Shown piece after piece: positions 12,438 to 25,470 of a stretch of DNA of 64,000 bases. Position 1 is the stretch's first letter. Each line of letters begins with the position of its first letter. The DNA comes from Gnetum montanum (lineage: Eukaryota > Plantae > Gnetophyta), in assembly GCA_015680685.1 (NCBI GenBank), contig MNCI01000614.1:118692-182691 (forward strand). The letters run 5' to 3'. The notes under the pieces are model-generated. The model was not told the origin of the DNA. It was given only the letters and a program-made list of their open reading frames with translations, and ran no database searches. A program made the position numbers and the translations under genes.

Positions 12438-15400
12438 TAATGAGTCATAAAATAAGCAACTCGGTATTGGACCCACGATATCAGACCCTCAATATTGGAT
12501 ACGTGATATCAGATGGGCCAAGTGACATCGGACATGTAATGTCAGAGCCTGTCTCATTGGCTATAAATAAGAGATAGGGGCACTTGGTCTGGGGAGTAGT
12601 TTTTCCAATCCCTTAGTCAAACTCTTGCAGTTTTTTTTTATTCCAGAGTTAGAGTTATTTCTAAGTGCCCATAGTAGAAGTCATAGAGTGAACGGATCTT
12701 TATTTGAGCATTGTGTACCTGAGCACACCTTGTATTCGGAGATAAAGATGAACTTTGTGACAAACCTTGCAACATTTAGAATAGCTTAATTATTTCATTT
12801 AATGTGGTTTACTATTATTTGATGCTTTCAATAGTTAATTAATGTTATTCCCATAGAATTATCAATTATCAATTATCAATGAATTAGCACACTTAGCACG
12901 ACCACTTCGAGCATATGTGGAACACTTGGTAACCCAGTAATGACTAGTGTTTGGTAATCCTAGTAGTGTTACACTGGTTCAGGATATGTTTGGAGAGTGG
13001 GAATGGATGCTAGTGTTAGGATTTGATTCACATTAGAGTTACAAAACGCATTAGTTAATTAAATCTTTTCATTGCACACACTTAGGAGACTAGGATAGAA
13101 AATATAAAAGAAAAACATAAAAATCATACACCTCAAGTTTACTTAACCATACAATTGTGCCTTACAAGTAAGCTTGGGAAGACAATGACTACATAACTCA
13201 TCCTTGTTCTATGTAGGCACATGAGCACTTAATCCTTAGAGTCCAATCGGATCACATGTGAATGCTCATATTTGTATGGTTGGGTGTAGGGGTACCTCGC
13301 TGCTCATAATTGGTGCCATTGTTGAGGATTTTGTTATTTGTGTGCTGATTAGAACTTAGAAAATCTTTCCATCATTGGAACGAACCCTTAAAGGTAGCTA
13401 TCCTACAATCACTGGAAAAGAGTACCGCACACTGAGTAATCAATCATGTCTCCGTCTTCTTATGAGAGTGCTTCACCGACTAGGTCCAATACCATGAACA
13501 ATTAGAGGTGGGGTGCACATGATGATCAACCAGTGCCCTAATAGTTTTGCATGCTATATGCTCATCCTGATGAGTATGTACCAAACTTTACCTTTTTCCT
13601 CCACTAGGATGAATAGCTACAATGGCATGATTTAGAAGGTAACATAGTGTTACCTCTTGATCGCTCAATCCTGAGCATGCTTCTTTGTGCTCTCACACGA
13701 ATTGGTATGCAACACTTACAATCAGAGTACATTGTGCATGAACAAGATTAGAGAGAGTATCAACCCATGGAGACACAATGCTAGAGGGATCTACAATAGG
13801 AGAGACATTACAAATCCATGAAGGGGAAGTGGTCTCAGGATGTCCTATATGTCCTACGTGAAAACAATGCTGGTGAACTTGTCTGGGGAGGTTTTCCACA
13901 AAACGATGTTCCTCTCCTTAACTTCGGTCAAGGAGTTGAGTATCAGAATCTTCACTTAACTATTCATAACCTAGGTTCTGATACCAATGGACACAAAGGA
14001 TCTGGAAAAGAAACACGAATGCATGACAATGATAGACATTCCTATTGTGACCATGACTAAGGTCACGACCACCAAAGAGAAGGTGACAGGCATCGTCATG
14101 GTGATAGTCCTCCTTCCTCTTCACCTTCATCATCTTATTTCCCCTCTCCTTCAAGATTTGAATGCAGTCGTAGCAGGCAAGATCATGAGGACAATGATAG
14201 GAAAGATAGAAATCACCAACAAAATAGTAGAGAAAGGGGGCGAGGGCATTTTAGAGAGACACATCATGAAAGAAGGGAGATTAGGGAACAACATAGGTAT
14301 CATAGACGCCATAGGTAGCATGATCATGATGAACCCCTACTTGCCACCTGAAGTATGTTAAATATAATAGAGGTTGTTAGGATCCCAATAAGGCACTAGA
14401 AAGATAGTAGGATCAAAAGACTAGACATGAATAACATCCCATGATTTGAAGGGGGATACAATGCTAATCCTCAAAACCATTTACAAGAATTCCATGATAC
14501 ATGTGCCTTAAAGAATATGGAAAACAAGTGGAAAAAGCTAAATTTTTTTCCATGGACATTGATCAAGGAAGTAGAAAGCTTGTATCGGTTCTTAGAACTG
14601 GAATCTATTTGTCGATGGAGTACCATGTTGGAGCTATTCAACGATAAGTATCAAATGTACTCCCAAGTGTCCAACCTATGTACGCAAATCCAAGGATGGA
14701 AACAAGGAGGACATGAACCCTTGGATGTTGCCATGGGCTAATATTGTTCATTATTACATTGTTGCCCTGGCCATGGTTACTTGCAAAAGGAACAACTACA
14801 CCATCTTGTAGATGGGCTTAGGTACGAAATGCGAAGAACCCTTGGGGCTTATGCCCAAGGAAGGCTATTCGAGCTCAGAGCCCATCAAATACAAAGATTA
14901 TTGGAGCAAGATGCCAAGGAGGAAGGCAAGTTGAGGAAAAGAGAAAGTGTAGAGGAGTACAACAGAGATCCTTCCCTCCAAAAGAAGGGAATTAGATTTT
15001 GCAAAGATGAAGAAGAGTCATCACTTGAAGAGATGGTGAATAGAAAGACTTTGTCAATTCAAAAATTTGCATTAGAAGTATCGGCAAAGGTAGATCAAAT
15101 GTGGAACTCCCTAGACAAAAAATTTCAAACTATCCTAAAAATAGTAGAGGAGTCTAGAGAACAAAGTAGTGACCAAGAGAGAAGGAAAAAGAAAGAAGCT
15201 AAGTATGGATGTAACAAGGGTAAGGGAAGGGTTACTGTTATCGAAGAAGTTGTGGATTTAAACATAGACAATGATGGTAGATGTGAGATTTGCCAATATG
15301 ACCATCCTAAGGGATGTTGCCGAGTGGTGTCACATCTACAAGAGTTTGGGGTGTATGCACTAAACCCATGATTAAATAGATGGAAAACATCTAGAAAGTT

Positions 15401-18400
15401 ACCTTATCCTCAAGGTAATCCAAGGTAGTTCTACCAACCCTTGACATATTATTTGAGTGGAGCTCCACCACAGCCAAATGAACAGTATCACCAATGGCAA
15501 CACCCACAACCATGGGAAATGCCACCACCATGTCAATAGTACCCTTACCATCAACTTGACCCATATGGGTATTATGTTTAGTAGCTAATCTCTCCATGTG
15601 ACTCTACTAGTCACGCTGCTCTTCAGCCTCACTACCAGATCATCGAGTACTATAGAACTTCTTCTTCTCGAGGTGATGCTCGACATACGTACTATCCTTC
15701 TCATCTGTCTGGATCTCTTTCACCCTCAGCTCCATTACCACCTACTCTAACTATGTAGGGCGAGCTTCCTATCTAGCCGCAATAACGTAATGCTACAAGG
15801 GTTGTCAGTCTTCAACCTATTGCTGGTTTGGACAACCGATCAAGGAAGAGACATTTCTTTAGAACCAACAGTCCAACCAAGTCCTTACAACCACAAGTGG
15901 CTAATTATCCAAATGCCTTATCATCATTTGAATCTTTGGAGCTTCCTTCGAACCAAAAATCATACTCAACGCACACTATTATGTTAACCCACATCATCAC
16001 TGATTGGATTAAAGCTGGCCATCTTCCTAGGAAATTCTTTAATCCTAAAAGTCCTCTTATTTATTTGTAAATCGTTGGAAATGAGCCTTGCAAAACTCTT
16101 TTGGATTCAAGTTCTAGTGTTAATTTGATCTCCCAGGAAATGTATAAAGGCTAGAACCTACCTCCACTAAAGAAGAGTAACATTCATTTAGAGTTGGCCA
16201 ACCAGTACATAACTATACCATTGGGACTAGTGGAGGACATTATCACCACTGTTTATGGGTGGTCGTATCTAGTCAATTTCCTAGTGATTCAAGTTAACAA
16301 TTGCAAGGGGGAATTTCCAATCATAAGGGAAAGAGCATGGCTAAGTACGATTGATGCACACCTAGGAATACATGATATTTCTCTAGAGATATCAAAAGAA
16401 AATGTGTTTAGGAAGATCAAGAAGAAGAAAGTTCCATGCATCGCATATAGTGACACAGGGTGCAACTGCATGCAAAAGTCCTAGTTTGTACAATGCTTAG
16501 CATTGCCTACATGTAATCAGTGTGCACAAGTGGCTGACATACAAAGATGCCTATATGCAGCAGCCACAAGATAGGAAGGAACCTAGTGGCTGATAGCTAA
16601 CCTAGAGAGTAATTCAACTTTATGCATGGAACCAACTAAGAGCTTGACTTGTGCCTATATCGATAGCATAGATGCATTAGGGCAAGTCCATCATCAACTT
16701 CCAAGTACTGACACTAAAAATATCAACTAGGGGAAGTTGGAAATCCTTGACAAGTTTAAGCAAGAGCCCCTTGAATTAAAATCGTTGCCCATCGATATGG
16801 AGTATGCATTTCTCAAGAATGGAAAATTGGTAATCATTAATGCTAAGCTCGCCACTCAACAAAAAGAAAGACTGCTGAAGATGGTGAGCAAATGGTTAAA
16901 AGCCTTTGCTTGGTCATATCCCGAATTAACTAAAATAGATCCTAGGATATGCCAACATAGAATTTACACTGACCCCTCAATGAAGCCTCAACGACAATCG
17001 CAAGGATGACTGAACTTAAAGCTTAAGCAAGTAGTTAAGGAAGAAATTGAACAACTTATGAAGGCTAGGTTCATCTACCCCATTACTGACTGTGAATGGG
17101 TTAGTCCATTAGTCATTGTGCCCAAAAAAGGTGATAAATGGAGGGTGTGTATAGACTTTAGGCTATTGAACATGGAAACATTTAAAGATAATTTCCCATT
17201 GCCATTCGTTGACCAAGTCTTAGATACCATTGTAGGGCATTGTTACTATAGTTTTCTGGATGGGTATAGTGGGTAAAATCAAATCCAAATAGCACTAGAA
17301 GACCAAGCCAAAACTACATTCACGAAGGGGACATTTGCATATAGGTAGATGCCATTTGGCTTATTTAATGCTCCAACAACGTTTCAACATTTAGTTCTCA
17401 ATATATTTGAGCAGCAAATAGGGAATGGTGTGGAGGTATTTATGGATGATTTCTCCACCTATGGAGTGAGCTTTGAACAAGAGTTGGACCAATTAGAGTA
17501 AGTACTAAAATGATGTATTGAAACCAACCTAAAGATTAATTGGCAAAAAAGCCACTTACTAGTCCAAGAGGGCATTGTATTAGGGCATAAAATTTCACAA
17601 ACAAGGATAGAGGTAGATCCTGAAAAAATTAAAGTCATCCAAGGAATCACTCATCAACCTAAAACTATAAAAGATGTCTGATCATTCCTTAGACATATTG
17701 GATATTATAGATGCTTCATCGAGAACTTTTCAAAGATTGCAAGACTGTTGGTAGAATTAACAAAAAAGGACGTATCCTTTCAATGGACCAAATAATGTAA
17801 GTTAGCGTTTCAAACCTTGAAGCAGAAGCTCATAGAAACACCCATTCTACAAGCTCCTGACTAGTCTAGACCATTCCATATAATGATTGACATGTCCAAT
17901 TTTGCTTTAGGAGCCGTACTTATAGAGTTAGATGAGCACAAATGTCCCTATTACATTCACTATGCAAGTTGAAGTATTGTTGGTGCACAGCTCAACTATA
18001 CCACAACAAAAAAAGAGTTAATGGCCATGGTGTTTGCACTAAAGAAATTTAGGCATTATGTATTAGGCTCTAAGGTATTCATACACACAGATCATAGTGC
18101 AACTTGGTTCCTTATGAATAAACCAATGGTGAGCCCTCACATCATATGATGGCTTGTGGTCTTGCAAGAGTTCGATCTCACAATAGTAGATCATAGAGGC
18201 ATTGAGAATGTTGTTGCTAATCATTTATCTTGGATGTGATGGGACAATAAAGAGGAAGAATACCTAATTTCTGATTGCTTCCCTGATGAACTCATCTTTG
18301 CAGGTGTAATAAACAATTAATCACCCATAGATACAAATTGGTATATTAGCATTCTTACTTATCTTCTTATAGAAGAAACACCATAAGGGCTAGACATTAA

Positions 18401-21400
18401 AAAGAAACAACAGTTTCTCCACTAAGTTAAACATTTCATGGAAATCAATGGACACCTTTACACGGTATGTTTCAATGGCTTGGTTTGATGGTGTGTTCCT
18501 GACGTAGATTAATTACGAGTTCTCAAAGATGCTCATGAGGGCCCTTGTGGGGGTCATTATGCTGAGAGATGAATAGCCATAAAAATCTTACTTTGTAGGA
18601 TATTATTGGCCTACATTATTTTGGGATGCCCATCATTTTGTCTAATATTGTGATCACTGCCAATGTGATGGGGGAATGACTACTAGAATGGAGGGTCCAT
18701 AATAATGGATTCAACCCTATGAACCCTTCGACATATATGGTATTGATTTTATGGGGCCTATTACATCGATGTCCAATGGAAAAGCATACATTGTTGTTAT
18801 TGACTATTTTACAAAATGGATAGAAGCAACTATTGTTATCGACTATACATCATCTATCGTTGCATGATTTGTTCAACAACAAATCGTAAATAGGTTTGGC
18901 ATGCCTTGTGCATTTATTTTTTATAATGGTATACATTTTATAGGTGCGACTTTTCAGAAGTTGATGCAAAGCTTAGGAGTTGAGCATAAACTGACTACAC
19001 CATATCATTGTCAAGTGAATGGTCAAGCCAAAGTCACCAATAGGGAAATCAAAAAAATTTTGACATGAACCATTAGCAAATATAGGTGAGACTAGAGCAC
19101 CAAACTGAATGATGCTCTTTGGGCCTTCCTCTTCACATGGAAACTCCCTATAGGCTACTCTCCCTATAAGTTGGTGTACGATAAACTTCCAACACTTCCT
19201 ATCCAAGCTAAGCTCTGTACACTATCTATAACATATGACCTTAATCTTGACCTTAGTCTAGTGTAGAAAGAACGGTTAATGAATCTTAACTTGCTAGATG
19301 AAAATTGATTAGTCACCCTATCATCTAGTAAACTACACAAGGCCTTCAACAAATAATATCATGTCCTAAGAATTAGGAAAGTCAAATACCAACCAGGAGA
19401 TATGGTTCTTTATTGGAATCCCACACATGTGCCACAATGAACTAAATTTCAAACACTGTGAGAAGGACCTTATATCAATTATGAAACTTTTCCTTCAGGG
19501 GCCATGATGATCTATGAACCTGGAAGCTTGGATAAGAAATTATTGGTCAACATCCAACAAACCAAACCTTTTCATAAGCCCAAAATGGCTAGTATTAACA
19601 CTACCTCTATTGATGGATAGCCATGCTCATTATTTCTGATCTCCTCCTTCCAACTCAGTCGTGGGAGAGATGGCTACCAATGCTAATTATTATAAGCCCT
19701 TAATTTCTTTTTTTTTTTTTTTTTTTTTTATACATTTTTTTTTTACACATTTTTCATTTTTTCTTTTTTTTTACACCATCGTTAAAATTTTTACTATTTC
19801 TTTCTCTATTACATTTTTATTTATTTATTCTCACTTATCACATAATAAGTACTCATGATGGTGGGTTGTACTATAATGGTGTTGATTGCTAATGTTTGGT
19901 TTTTACCTTTGAATTTTAATGTTGGTGCTAAGATATGGTTTCTTTTGATAAAATAGGCAATGAGTCCATGCCATCCATACATCTATACAACTCTATAATC
20001 TCCCTTTTTTTTGGAAGTGTACTATCCCTTTTTTCTGATCAAACCTATTAATGAATTTGTGGTTTGGTATTCTTCCAACTAAGGAAAGATTCAAATGGAT
20101 TGAAAAGGGTGTGACTTCAAGGGAATTTGGCGCATTTGTGTTAGCTATTTTCTTGGGTGCTTAGATTTTTTTCATAGGATTTTTGCCATTTTTCTGTAGA
20201 CTAATATCAAGAAGTTGAATAAATCAAATAAGTCTTTGCATGGTGTGGTTCTTACTCAAAAAAAAAAAAAAAAGAAGAGTGGGAATTCAAAGCACACCCA
20301 TTAGACATAATAAAGGAATATGGGCTATAAGCACTGGTTATGGCACTAGAAAGACATGTTACCCATGTCTGAAGGTTCCCTCTAACTAAGGCCCTTTCTC
20401 ACTTCTTGTTTCTCTATTCTTCTCTTTTTGGAATGGTGGTTGCTCTGTGAAAGCATTCTTGTTGCTTCAGGAGGATGGGTTGGTCAAGTGTGTTGATGTG
20501 AGGTCAATGGATGTGGTTAGTTTTAATCTGGATTTGGACTGAATTTTATTAAGTTACCTTAACCACATAATACACAAGGGACTTTACACAACTTTGATTT
20601 CAGGATTCCATTCCATTCTCTCTTCTCTTCCATCTTGCTTCTCATATTCTACCTCATTGCCGATTTTATGATTAGTCTATATCTTCGTTGGCGCATTGTT
20701 ATTCTTTGGTAAATTCTTGTGGGTGAATTCTTAACTATTGTCTCCATATATCATTCCTAGAGCCTACAGACTCTTTGGTTTGTGGGTTTGTTAGGGCATA
20801 ATGGACATGAGCCTACTTTGGGGAGGACCCACTTGCATTCCTTTTTGGAGCAATTGTTAAGTTCTTTCCCTTAAACATTTCTTGCACTCAACTATTTCTC
20901 ATTTCACCCCATCCATGAAATCCATTTTTTTCTCTTCCCTTCTATGCATTTTTATTGGCTTCACCATTGTTATTCCTCTTATCTTCCTTTTTCTTTCATT
21001 TTCCATCCTATTGCATCATCATTTGTTGTTTAGTCAATAATCCCATACCTTCCCAATATTTTGTAAGGAACTTGAGGATGAGTTTTCATTTAGTCGTGGG
21101 GGCATGATGAGTCACCAAATAAGTGACCTGATATTGGACCCACAATATCAGACCCTTGATATCAGATACGCAATATCAAAATGGCCAAGTGACATTAGAC
21201 ACACGATGTTGAAGCCTATCTCATTGGCTATAAATAAGAGATAGGGGTGCTTTGTCTGTGGAGTAGTTTTCTCAGTCCCTTAGCCGAACTCTTGTAGTTT
21301 TCTATTCAAGAGTTAGAATTATTTCTAAGTGCATGCAGTAGGAGTCATAGAGTGAACAGATCTTTATTTGAGCATTGTGTACCTGAGCACACCTTCTATC

Positions 21401-21973
21401 TAGAAATAAAGATGAATTTTGTGATAAACCTTGCAACATTCAAAATAGCTTAATTATTGCATTTAATATTGTTTATTGTTATTTGATGCTTTCAGTGGTT
21501 AATTAATGTTATTCCCATAGAATTATTAATTATCAATTATCAATGAATTAGCACACTCAGCATGACCACTTCGAGTATACATGAAACACTTGGTAACCTA
21601 GTAATGACTAGTGTTTGGTAATCCTAGTAGTGTTACACTAGGTCAAGATGTGTCCAGAGAGTGGGAACGGATGCTGGTGTTAGGATTTGATTCACATTAG
21701 AGTTACAAAACCCATTATTTAATTAAATCTTTTTATTGCACATACTTAGGAGACCAGAATAGAAAATATAAAAGAAAAACATAAAAATCATACACCTCAA
21801 GTTTACTTAACCATATAATTATGCCTTATAAGTAAGCTTGGGAAGACAATGACTGCATAACACATCCTTGTTCTGCATAAGGGCATAAGCACTTAATCCT
21901 TAGAGTTTGATCGGATTGTGCGTGAACACTCGTATGCATATGGTTGGGTGTAGGGATACCTCATTGCTCATCA
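12438..21973 (+). mobile_element. Full-length, degenerate Athila-like Ty3/gypsy LTR retrotransposon
   Basis: 5' LTR 12438-13309 and 3' LTR 21105-21973. 5-bp TSD ACAAC (12433-12437 / 21974-21978). PBS TGGTGCCATTGTTGAGGA, a deaminated Athila-type TGGCGCCGTTGCCGGGGA. PPT TAGTCGTGGGGGCA. Domain order gag-PR-RT-RH-INT. Confidence 0.95.
13446..19620 (+). pseudogene. gag-pol pseudogene of the Athila-like element
   Basis: Gag (LNFFPWTL, CEICQYDH), protease LLDSSSSVNL (~16100), RT WVSPLVIVPKK..WRVCIDFR..LN..KDNFPLPFVDQ and FMDDF (~17445), RNase H NYTTTKKEL, integrase HEGPCGGHY / GIDFMGP / GPY. Many stops from C>T and G>A changes. Confidence 0.9.
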
Positions 21974-23057
21974 ACAACATAGCATCCCAACCTATGATAT
22001 AATAGATGCAATGTAGCAGCTATAATATCATAGATATGAGATATCATAAATAAGATATCTTAGATGATTAGTACAATTTTCATGATTCATCACTATGGAT
22101 GAATTAACAACAATGTTTAGTCTTGTCAAGTGATCATAGGTCAATTTCTTCTCACTTAGATTAGTAGTGATCCTTCTATTCATATGATTACCTAGATGAC
22201 GTGTGTGATAACTAATGTTGTAATGGCCATGGTCTAAAGTAGTTGTAATAGGAAAATAATAGTTAATATCTAATTATTTAAAACATGAAAATAAATCCTA
22301 TTCTACCCTAATATAATAAATGTCTAATTCTCTAATCCACTTCGAATCCTAGACATATACATTCATCACTTGGATTATCAAGTATTTACACTACTAGGCA
22401 TACTAAGTGAACCACTGCTAGAATTACCAAGTATATGCATGTTTATGCTTAAGATTAGATTGCACTCATTGTAATAAGTAATTATAATATGATGGAAACA
22501 TGAGCATTATATCATGAGAAAAATAGAAATTAAATGCTAAAAATGGTAAAATTAAACTAAGTCAAAGTACTGTAATGAAAGCAAATCAATCTCATTCTTA
22601 TTATTGTTTATGAATTATGTCAAAGTAAAATCTACTATAAGAATTTTTATTTTTTATTAATTTGCATTCAATTTTAGAGAATATCAAATGAGGAATACTA
22701 GCCTTAGCCTTCATTTGAAAAATTGTAACTACTTATGCATGAAATGATATGAGCTTATTGGCTTTGGTTGTTAGGGTTAAATGGTAAGTCACCATCTTAA
22801 AGATGATCTTCTTAACGAGCATTAGATTTCTATACACCCTAGTGCTTTGTCCATATGCATGCTTGGTCCACTCTTGCAATTTTGTGCTTTATAGTAGTGA
22901 TGGTAGTTTGGATAGTTTGGGCTTATAGTTAGGCAATTTCAACACTTTGATAACTACTTTGATATATAGAAGACTTCAACCCTCATTTTTTTCATCATGT
23001 AGTCTTTGTATTGGTCATTTTAGAATTAGTACATCTTGTCAACATACCACTCCTTAC

Positions 23058-23460
23058 AAAGGATCATCATCTAAAGGCTTAATGTTCATTCTACCAAGGC
23101 AAGATCTTAGGAGGGTTGGTGGATGAGGGAAAGCGTGATCTCTTTTACATGGTTGTGTTCATGCTTGAACCTAGCTCTTATGACTTGAGAAATAAACACC
23201 TTATTATCACTTTAAAAGATAGTCCTTGACGTACTACTCCTTACTACTTATTAGAATCAATGACATTAGGGATTGTAACTGTAACTTAGAATAGTGTATG
23301 ATTGCATCATGATCCTTGGTATTAAGGATCATCACCTAGAGCCTTAATGTTGATTTTACTAAGTTCAATTCTAGAAGGGTTGGTGAATGAGTGAAAACCT
23401 AACCTCTTTGAGTGGCTATTCTTATGCTTAAACTAGGCTTGTGCATGTTAGAGAATACAA
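23058..23460 (-). mobile_element. Two tandem copies of a tRNA-derived SINE-like repeat (~23058-23215, ~23325-23460)
   Basis: Both match the reverse complement of 25295-25450 (AAGGATCATCACCTA..GAGGGTTGGTG.ATGAG.GAAA..CT.ACCTCTTT). Confidence 0.6.
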
Positions 23461-23855
23461 ATTTGAGTAATGATTTACATATATTTATATTCTACCTAAC
23501 TTTTGTCAAAAATTAAATGAACAATGTTTTTATAAATCATGTTAATGCATCCACATTGACTCAACTACATTGATGCAATAGTCATAAATACCTATAAATA
23601 TGAACCCACCTACTACATTTATGACATCCATTACTGTAGTTGTAGCGAAGCTATTGCAGTTTAATTTTGTAGTCTTATGTAATAGTTAGTGAGTATTTGT
23701 AGTGTGGTCTAAGGTAGCTATACAAAGTCTTTATTTGAGTGCATTATACCTAGACACCTTGCATGATGACAATAAAGATCAAGATTGTTTCCCTCCGTTA
23801 TGATGCTTTAACTTCGATTATATTTTCCTTTATGTGTTTTTTTATCTTTCTGTAC

Positions 23856-24557
23856 TGATGAGCAGCGAGGTACCCCTACCCTCAACCATATGAATATGAG
23901 CGTTTCACGCACGATTTGGTTGAATTCCAAAGACTAAGTGCTTATGCGCCCTTGTGGAACAAGGATGGGTTGGTTGATCGTTATCTTCCCAAGCTTACCT
24001 GTATGTCACGATTGTATGGTTANNNNNNNNNNNNNNNNNNNNNNNNNNNNNNNNNNNNNNNNNNNNNNNNNNNNNNNNNNNNNNNNNNNNNNNNNNNNNN
24101 NNNNNNNNNNNNNNNNNNNNNNNNNNNNNNNNNNNNNNNNNNNNNNNNNNNNNNNNNNNNNNNNNNNNNNNNNNNNNNNNNNNTGCTTAGGTACATAATG
24201 CTCAATTAAAAATCCATCCACACTTAGATCTCTTGCTACGGTCATTTGGAAAATACTCTAACTTTCAAATAGACTATAAGAGTTTTGCTACTTGACTGTT
24301 AAAAGACTCCTTCCCAATTGTGCACCTGGGCACTATATTTATAGACTTGGGAGCAACTACTCTAATAATTAGAGTAACCGCTCTAATAATTAGGATAACT
24401 ACTAAAGTAACCACTAGAGTAACCACTCTAATAATTAGAATAACTGCTAGAGTAACCGCTAGAGTAACCACTCTAATAATTAGAATAGTTGCTAAAGTAA
24501 CTGTTAGAGTAACCACTCTAATAATTAGAATAACTACTAGAGTAACCGCTCTCATCA
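23856..24557 (-). mobile_element. Nested (apparently solo) Athila-like LTR spanning an assembly gap
   Basis: TGATGAG...CTCATCA termini with perfect TSD TGTAC (23851-23855 / 24558-24562). The left end matches the family U5 end in reverse. Confidence 0.85.
24353..24550. repeat. Tandem repeat of ~45 bp built from 12-bp TAGAGTAACCRC-like and 9-bp TCTAATAAT subunits, in LTR U3
   Basis: Directly visible. Produces the spurious periodic ORFs 24274-24564 and 24320-24568. Confidence 0.9.
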
Positions 24558-25164
24558 TGTACATATAGTTAGTTAATAATTTACTTTCTATGGCTAGTTA
24601 TTAATGTTTGCGTTCCCTATGGTTAGTTAATAATTTACTTTCTAAACATATATTAGATATGGTAGAATGAGTACAACTAGTTTTGAGCATAAATATGTAT
24701 TGTTTAGTAATCCCGATAGTGCTCTTACTTGGTATGCCTAGTGGAAAACACTTTGTAACCTAGTAATGATCACATGAGTTCAAGATGTGTATGATGAATT
24801 AGAAATGAATGTTCATTGCCTAGGCTAGTTTCGAGCAGATTCTTATCTACCTATTCTTAGAATAATTAGAAAAAAATTCTATATTTTTTAATATTATCTG
24901 GCTATGACCACATGACATCAACTATCGTTTGCCTCAAGTATAACTAAGGCCAACATAAGTATAGTTGGGAAGATGATGATATGTGATCAATGCTTAATAA
25001 TTTATAAGCCTACTAGTTCAATCCACATATTATGATCATGTTACACATGACACCTATGATTTATATGGTTGAGCATAGGGACTGTATGATTGCACATCAA
25101 TCATGTTGTCTAGGATACACGTAATCAAATAGTTTTAGTTAGTAGTTAGTTTAATCTTACATTT

Positions 25165-25470
25165 AAGGGTATAGTACAAGAGTCAAGACACTCGTCTTTC
25201 AGAAGCAAGGTTGTGGGTTCAATACCTACCTTCACTTAGGAGTGGAGAAAGCTTGTGGTGGGATACTCTTATAGCTCTAATAAGGGACCATCATTTGGAG
25301 CGATAGTAAGATGCTTGTTTTTCAAGTCAGAAGATGTGGATTGAGCCTAGGTGTGTACACTCAAAGAGGTTAGGCTTTTACTCATCCATTGACCCTCTTA
25401 GGGCCTTTTGCCTAGCTAGATGAGCATTGAAGCTTTAGGTGATAATCCTTACTCTCATAGCTCTAATAAC
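25165..25470 (+). mobile_element. tRNA-derived SINE-like tandem pair
   Basis: B-box-like GGGTTCAATACC (~25215) and GGATTGAGCC (~25340). Shared tail TACTCTYATAGCTCTAATAA at ~25265 and ~25450. Confidence 0.55.

Larger units (their letters stand above)
12025..22092 (-). mobile_element. Older LTR remnant (12025-12437 plus 21979-22092) that served as the insertion target of the 12438-21973 element
   Basis: Reverse-strand copy of the LTR core motif (GACCACTTCTAGCA..TGGTAACCCTAGT) at ~12035-12090, TATA region at ~12395, and GATATC-type U3 motifs resuming after the TSD. Confidence 0.5.
23540..25099 (+). mobile_element. Solo LTR of an older Athila-like family, interrupted by a nested LTR
   Basis: TG..CATCA ends with a 4-bp direct repeat ATCA on both sides. 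CTATAAATA TATA at ~23592. Diverged LTR core motifs at 24670-24830 and terminal ATGGTTGAGCATAGGG. Confidence 0.6.

Noticed and set aside
23855-23930. Hammerhead ribozyme (CTGATGAG core) / retrozyme
   Set aside because: CTGATGAG is simply the TSD plus the LTR terminus. There is no correctly placed GAAA with stems II/III.
24274-24568. Repetitive ORFs on both strands (LIIRVVTL / TLIIRITT)
   Set aside because: By-product of a tandem repeat with subunit lengths divisible by three inside an LTR.
25165-25240. Bona fide tRNA gene
   Set aside because: Only a degenerate A/B-box-like head with no complete cloverleaf, followed by SINE-like body and tail.
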